NCBI GenBank assembly: GCA_964234715.1
Contig: OZ174276.1
Strand: one strand, 5' to 3'
DNA: 64,000 nucleotides
Origin: Podarcis melisellensis
Taxonomy: Eukaryota
The position numbers and the translations under genes are program-made. The notes beneath the pieces were generated by a model. It did not search any database and was not told where the DNA came from. It was given only the letters and a program-made list of their open reading frames with translations. Positions 60,687 through 64,000 of the stretch are shown piece after piece. The first letter of the stretch is position 1. Every line of letters starts with the position of its first letter.

Positions 60687-63600
60687 TGGAGATTAAATAT
60701 TCAGCCTCAAACAATGTGACAATGAGCCCAGGAAGCTACCAGAATAAGAAGAGCCACATAGACATCCTTCTGCAGTTCATATAGCTGGAGCAAATGCTCT
60801 TTGCAGGATACCTGGGCTGTAAAGCCTTTGGCCATGTCCTCCTTAAAAGGCTCTCCAGCAACTGTGCTGGCCATTCACCATACTTAACAGGCTGCCAGTG
60901 GGAAGGCACAGTTGGCTCTTCAGAAGGCTGTGCCAGCTCTTCAGCCTGAGTTGATGGAATTTGAAAGAGATTACCTGCAACAGAGTACCAAGCCCTTCAT
61001 CAACCCCACCTTGTACAGGGATTCACAAGTCCTGGCAGTCAGGTGATGAGCAGGATTTGTGAAACCCAGTTTACAGCACTGCATCAGGGCTTGCAAAGTT
61101 CAAGCCTGTGGCTTTGCCCACATGGTTTGATTTCAAACCACACAGGCAAAAAACCTAGGTTACCCAATGTCATTATGGCATCAGGTGGCTGACAGAGGAG
61201 CAGCTCCACCTACCTGTCAAACTTGGCCTGCAGAGAATAAGGATCTGGCCCTCTGACCATATCCAGTTCCCCACCCTTGCCTTATTGCAATATATGTGAG
61301 ACTAGAAGGGCGTTGATTTTGGCATTACAGGAAGTAGTAAATTGTGGCGGTAGTGACACATTTTTGCTTTGCCCTCTGTGTGGTTTACAGGTGTTTTTCT
61401 TGCACTGTTGGATGAAGTCAGAGATTCTGTGCTGTAAGACCGAAGATGGTTTTTCTCAGCAGATCCGTTTCTAGAGATCTAACTGGTGGCAGGCGTCTTT
61501 CATCTGAAAAGGCCACACAGCCTTTTTTGCAGCTGGCATGTCCTCTCATAGATCAAGGATGGCTAATCTTGGACCCTTTAGGTGTTGCTAAACTACAATT
61601 CCCCCCACCCCGACCATGGGCCATGCCTGCTGGGGTTGATGGGTGTTGCTCTCTTTCTAGTATAAACTGCTGACCATCTCTCCCTTTAGCCACTTTCCTT
61701 TACAGCACGCAGTCTGTGTCCCTATGTGGGATAAAGTGACCAATGAGGCAGGAGTCAGCACTCAGGCGGACTTTGCCTCCTCCATTTCAATCATGGGTGG
61801 GAAACTCCAGCTCCCATCAGCGCCAGTAAGCATGGACAGTGGTCAGGGGATGATGGGATTTGTAGTCCAGCAGCAGTTAGCCAAATAGGGAATGTCACCT
61901 GCCTGCCTGCGTTTGCTATCTTGCCAAACTGTCCTTTGATCACTCTCATTTTATTCCTTTCTCTCCAGTTGGCTGCTGCTGTTTTCTTACCTCCCAAGGC
62001 CAGGAAGCGTCTCATCACATTTTACAATACAAGGTGCTGTGTGGGGATTATCATTAATACTGAGGAAAGCTCTTTTCATTCCTCTGCCTCATAGTAGGGG
62101 TTCTGGATACTCATGGAGATGAGCTGTTGAAATCAAGAGCTCACCTATCCCTAAAGAGTCATTTTACGTTCTAGTACCATTTTTTTACATTAGAGTGTAA
62201 ACACTTATAAAGTTGTCTGAAGTTTTCTTTGGCCTATTTTTATATTAAAACAGAAACAAACAAACCCCTGCACCCTCACATCTGAGTAATGTTGAAATGT
62301 CATCCTCTATAGCTGTTTCACAGCTAAATACAAGAAAAGTGCTGTGGAAATTGAATTACCCCGGCCGTTTGTGACATCAGAGTTGTCCCAGCTAATCAGA
62401 TACTTCTCATCATCATCACTATGATTTAGTCCGTTATTTCTTTCTGCAGCCGAGGCTGATGATGGTGGGGACAGCAGAGGGTAATGAAGATCAAAATTAA
62501 GATGCAGAAACAGAGCCATGAGGCCTTTGGTCTGTGGGTGTGCGCACTCATAGGACCAAAATAGCGGGATAATGGCAGAGGTGCAAGTGCTTGATGGATC
62601 TAATGACTCTCCCCCTAAGACTGGCTGAAGCCACCTGATCCCTAGTGGGAAATGGGGTGTTAGTGGCAGAGCCAGCCTTACGTTGTTGGCATCAGTTCCT
62701 GCCTCAGACATCCCCTCCCCTGCCAAGCACTGAAGCCCCTGCTGCGGTTGGATTGTAGCTTCAAGGTTTGTGCCATTAACGCACTAGGGGCTAATCCTTT
62801 TGTGTTTTAACAAGAGAGCAGCTTCCCCCTTCCTCCTCTCCCCACAGCCTCTCTCTTGAGCAATCAAGGGGAGGGGATGGGTGAAATTGTATGTGTGTGT
62901 GAGAGAGAGAGAGGGGGGGAGGCAGGATCAGAGCAGCTTTGATGCTTGTTTGCTGAGAGAAGAGTCTGGAAGAGAGAATGTACTGCATTACATTCCCAGC
63001 ATGGGTGATGCTGCAGCACATCTTTCTTTCACCAGGCATAGTTTTTCTCCCCCCCCCCTTTTTTTACAGAAGCCCTATTTCTTCTTCTTCTCCTCCTCCT
63101 TCTTCTCTTTTTCAAGAGACAATCCCACCCACCTCTTGGAATTCAGAAACCACTCATGCAGTCCTACTGCAAAAGCCTAAAGCATATGCATAGTTTGCAG
63201 CACAGAGATGAAAATATAAAATTATCAGAAACGGTGGTGTCTTTCCCATAGGTTGGCCATAGAACTGGCATTGTTCTGAAAGGAAGGACTAATGGTGTCT
63301 TCCTAGGTGCACTTATGTACAAGTAAGCACTATCAAACTTCAGAGTAAACAAGCATAGGATTGGGCTGTACTTGAGCTTTAAACTAGTGTACAATGAAAT
63401 CCTGAGTCACAGAACTACGATGCTCTTCTGAATAAGGAAAATAAATAAGCTTAACACAACAGGCACCTGATAGTTCTGTCAATTGGATTATAGCACCCAA
63501 CATGTAGGAAATATACCCACACTCGAACCGTGTCTGCTTTGCACATTGTTTGAAGAACCACGAGTGTTTTCAGATGGAAGCTTACTGTTGCAAACTGATC

Positions 63601-64000
63601 GTTCAGATATTGCAAACGGGTTACTGGCAGCAGGTTGTTGTTTTTAAAACTTGTCAGGTTTTTTCATGGAAAGGGTAAGTGTGGAGAAGAGACAAGGTGT
63701 GATTTTGATATCAACAATGTTCTCCAGATGCCAGGAAAACTCCCAAACATGAGTGCATGAGGAACACCAATCCTACCAAAATAAAATCCACCTGGAAGCA
63801 GCCTCTGCTACCCAGAGGTGACAAAGAACAACAACATTAATGGAATTCAGTTGACAAATTTAAATGACTCACCTGAACCAGGTGGCATTCACTGAATAAT
63901 TATTAAAGAACTCAAAATGTGAAGTTGTTCATCTTCAAGGTAATTCTAAACCAAAATGACCCTCATATCACAGGGTTAATAGCTAGTGGAATGCTAATTT

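Noticed and set aside
54320-64000. GCGR coding exons
   Set aside because: No signal peptide or class B GPCR ectodomain sequence was recognisable in the frames shown; the coding part probably lies beyond the window.
1-64000. CRISPR array, operon or prokaryote-type defence system
   Set aside because: The window is spliced eukaryotic DNA with no regularly spaced repeat-spacer units; the recurring motifs are dispersed transposon copies.

Overview
Vertebrate genomic DNA from a squamate reptile, probably a lacertid lizard, judged from the Sauria-type SINEs, BovB, CR1 and L2 LINEs and many short hAT/Tc1 MITEs. It corresponds to the human 17q25.3 block HGS - MRPL12 - SLC25A10 - (GCGR). I assembled four spliced genes by hand from splice sites and reading-frame phase: the 3' 17 exons of HGS (+, 347-7400, with one GC-AG intron), a complete 6-coding-exon METTL26/DUF938-family SAM-dependent methyltransferase paralogue (-, 8426-11448, 204 aa), MRPL12 (+, 13255-18649) and SLC25A10 (+, 24893-36827). 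A third CpG island near 53.3-54.3 kb has a strong splice donor and is probably the non-coding first exon of the next gene (GCGR by synteny; no coding exon is visible). The most notable item is the METTL26B-like gene. The ORF track shows only its first coding exon. It lies tail-to-tail with HGS and head-to-head with MRPL12, has altered signature motifs, and as far as I recall has no counterpart at this position in human. Smaller findings are a 52-bp-arm fold-back hairpin made from a SINE tail, a 35-bp inverted repeat in an MRPL12 intron, and several tiny hAT MITEs with perfect 8-bp target-site duplications (TSDs). I found no CRISPR array, rRNA or true tRNA gene, and no evidence of a wholly new multi-gene system. 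Comparisons with human and fish genes are from memory and need database confirmation.
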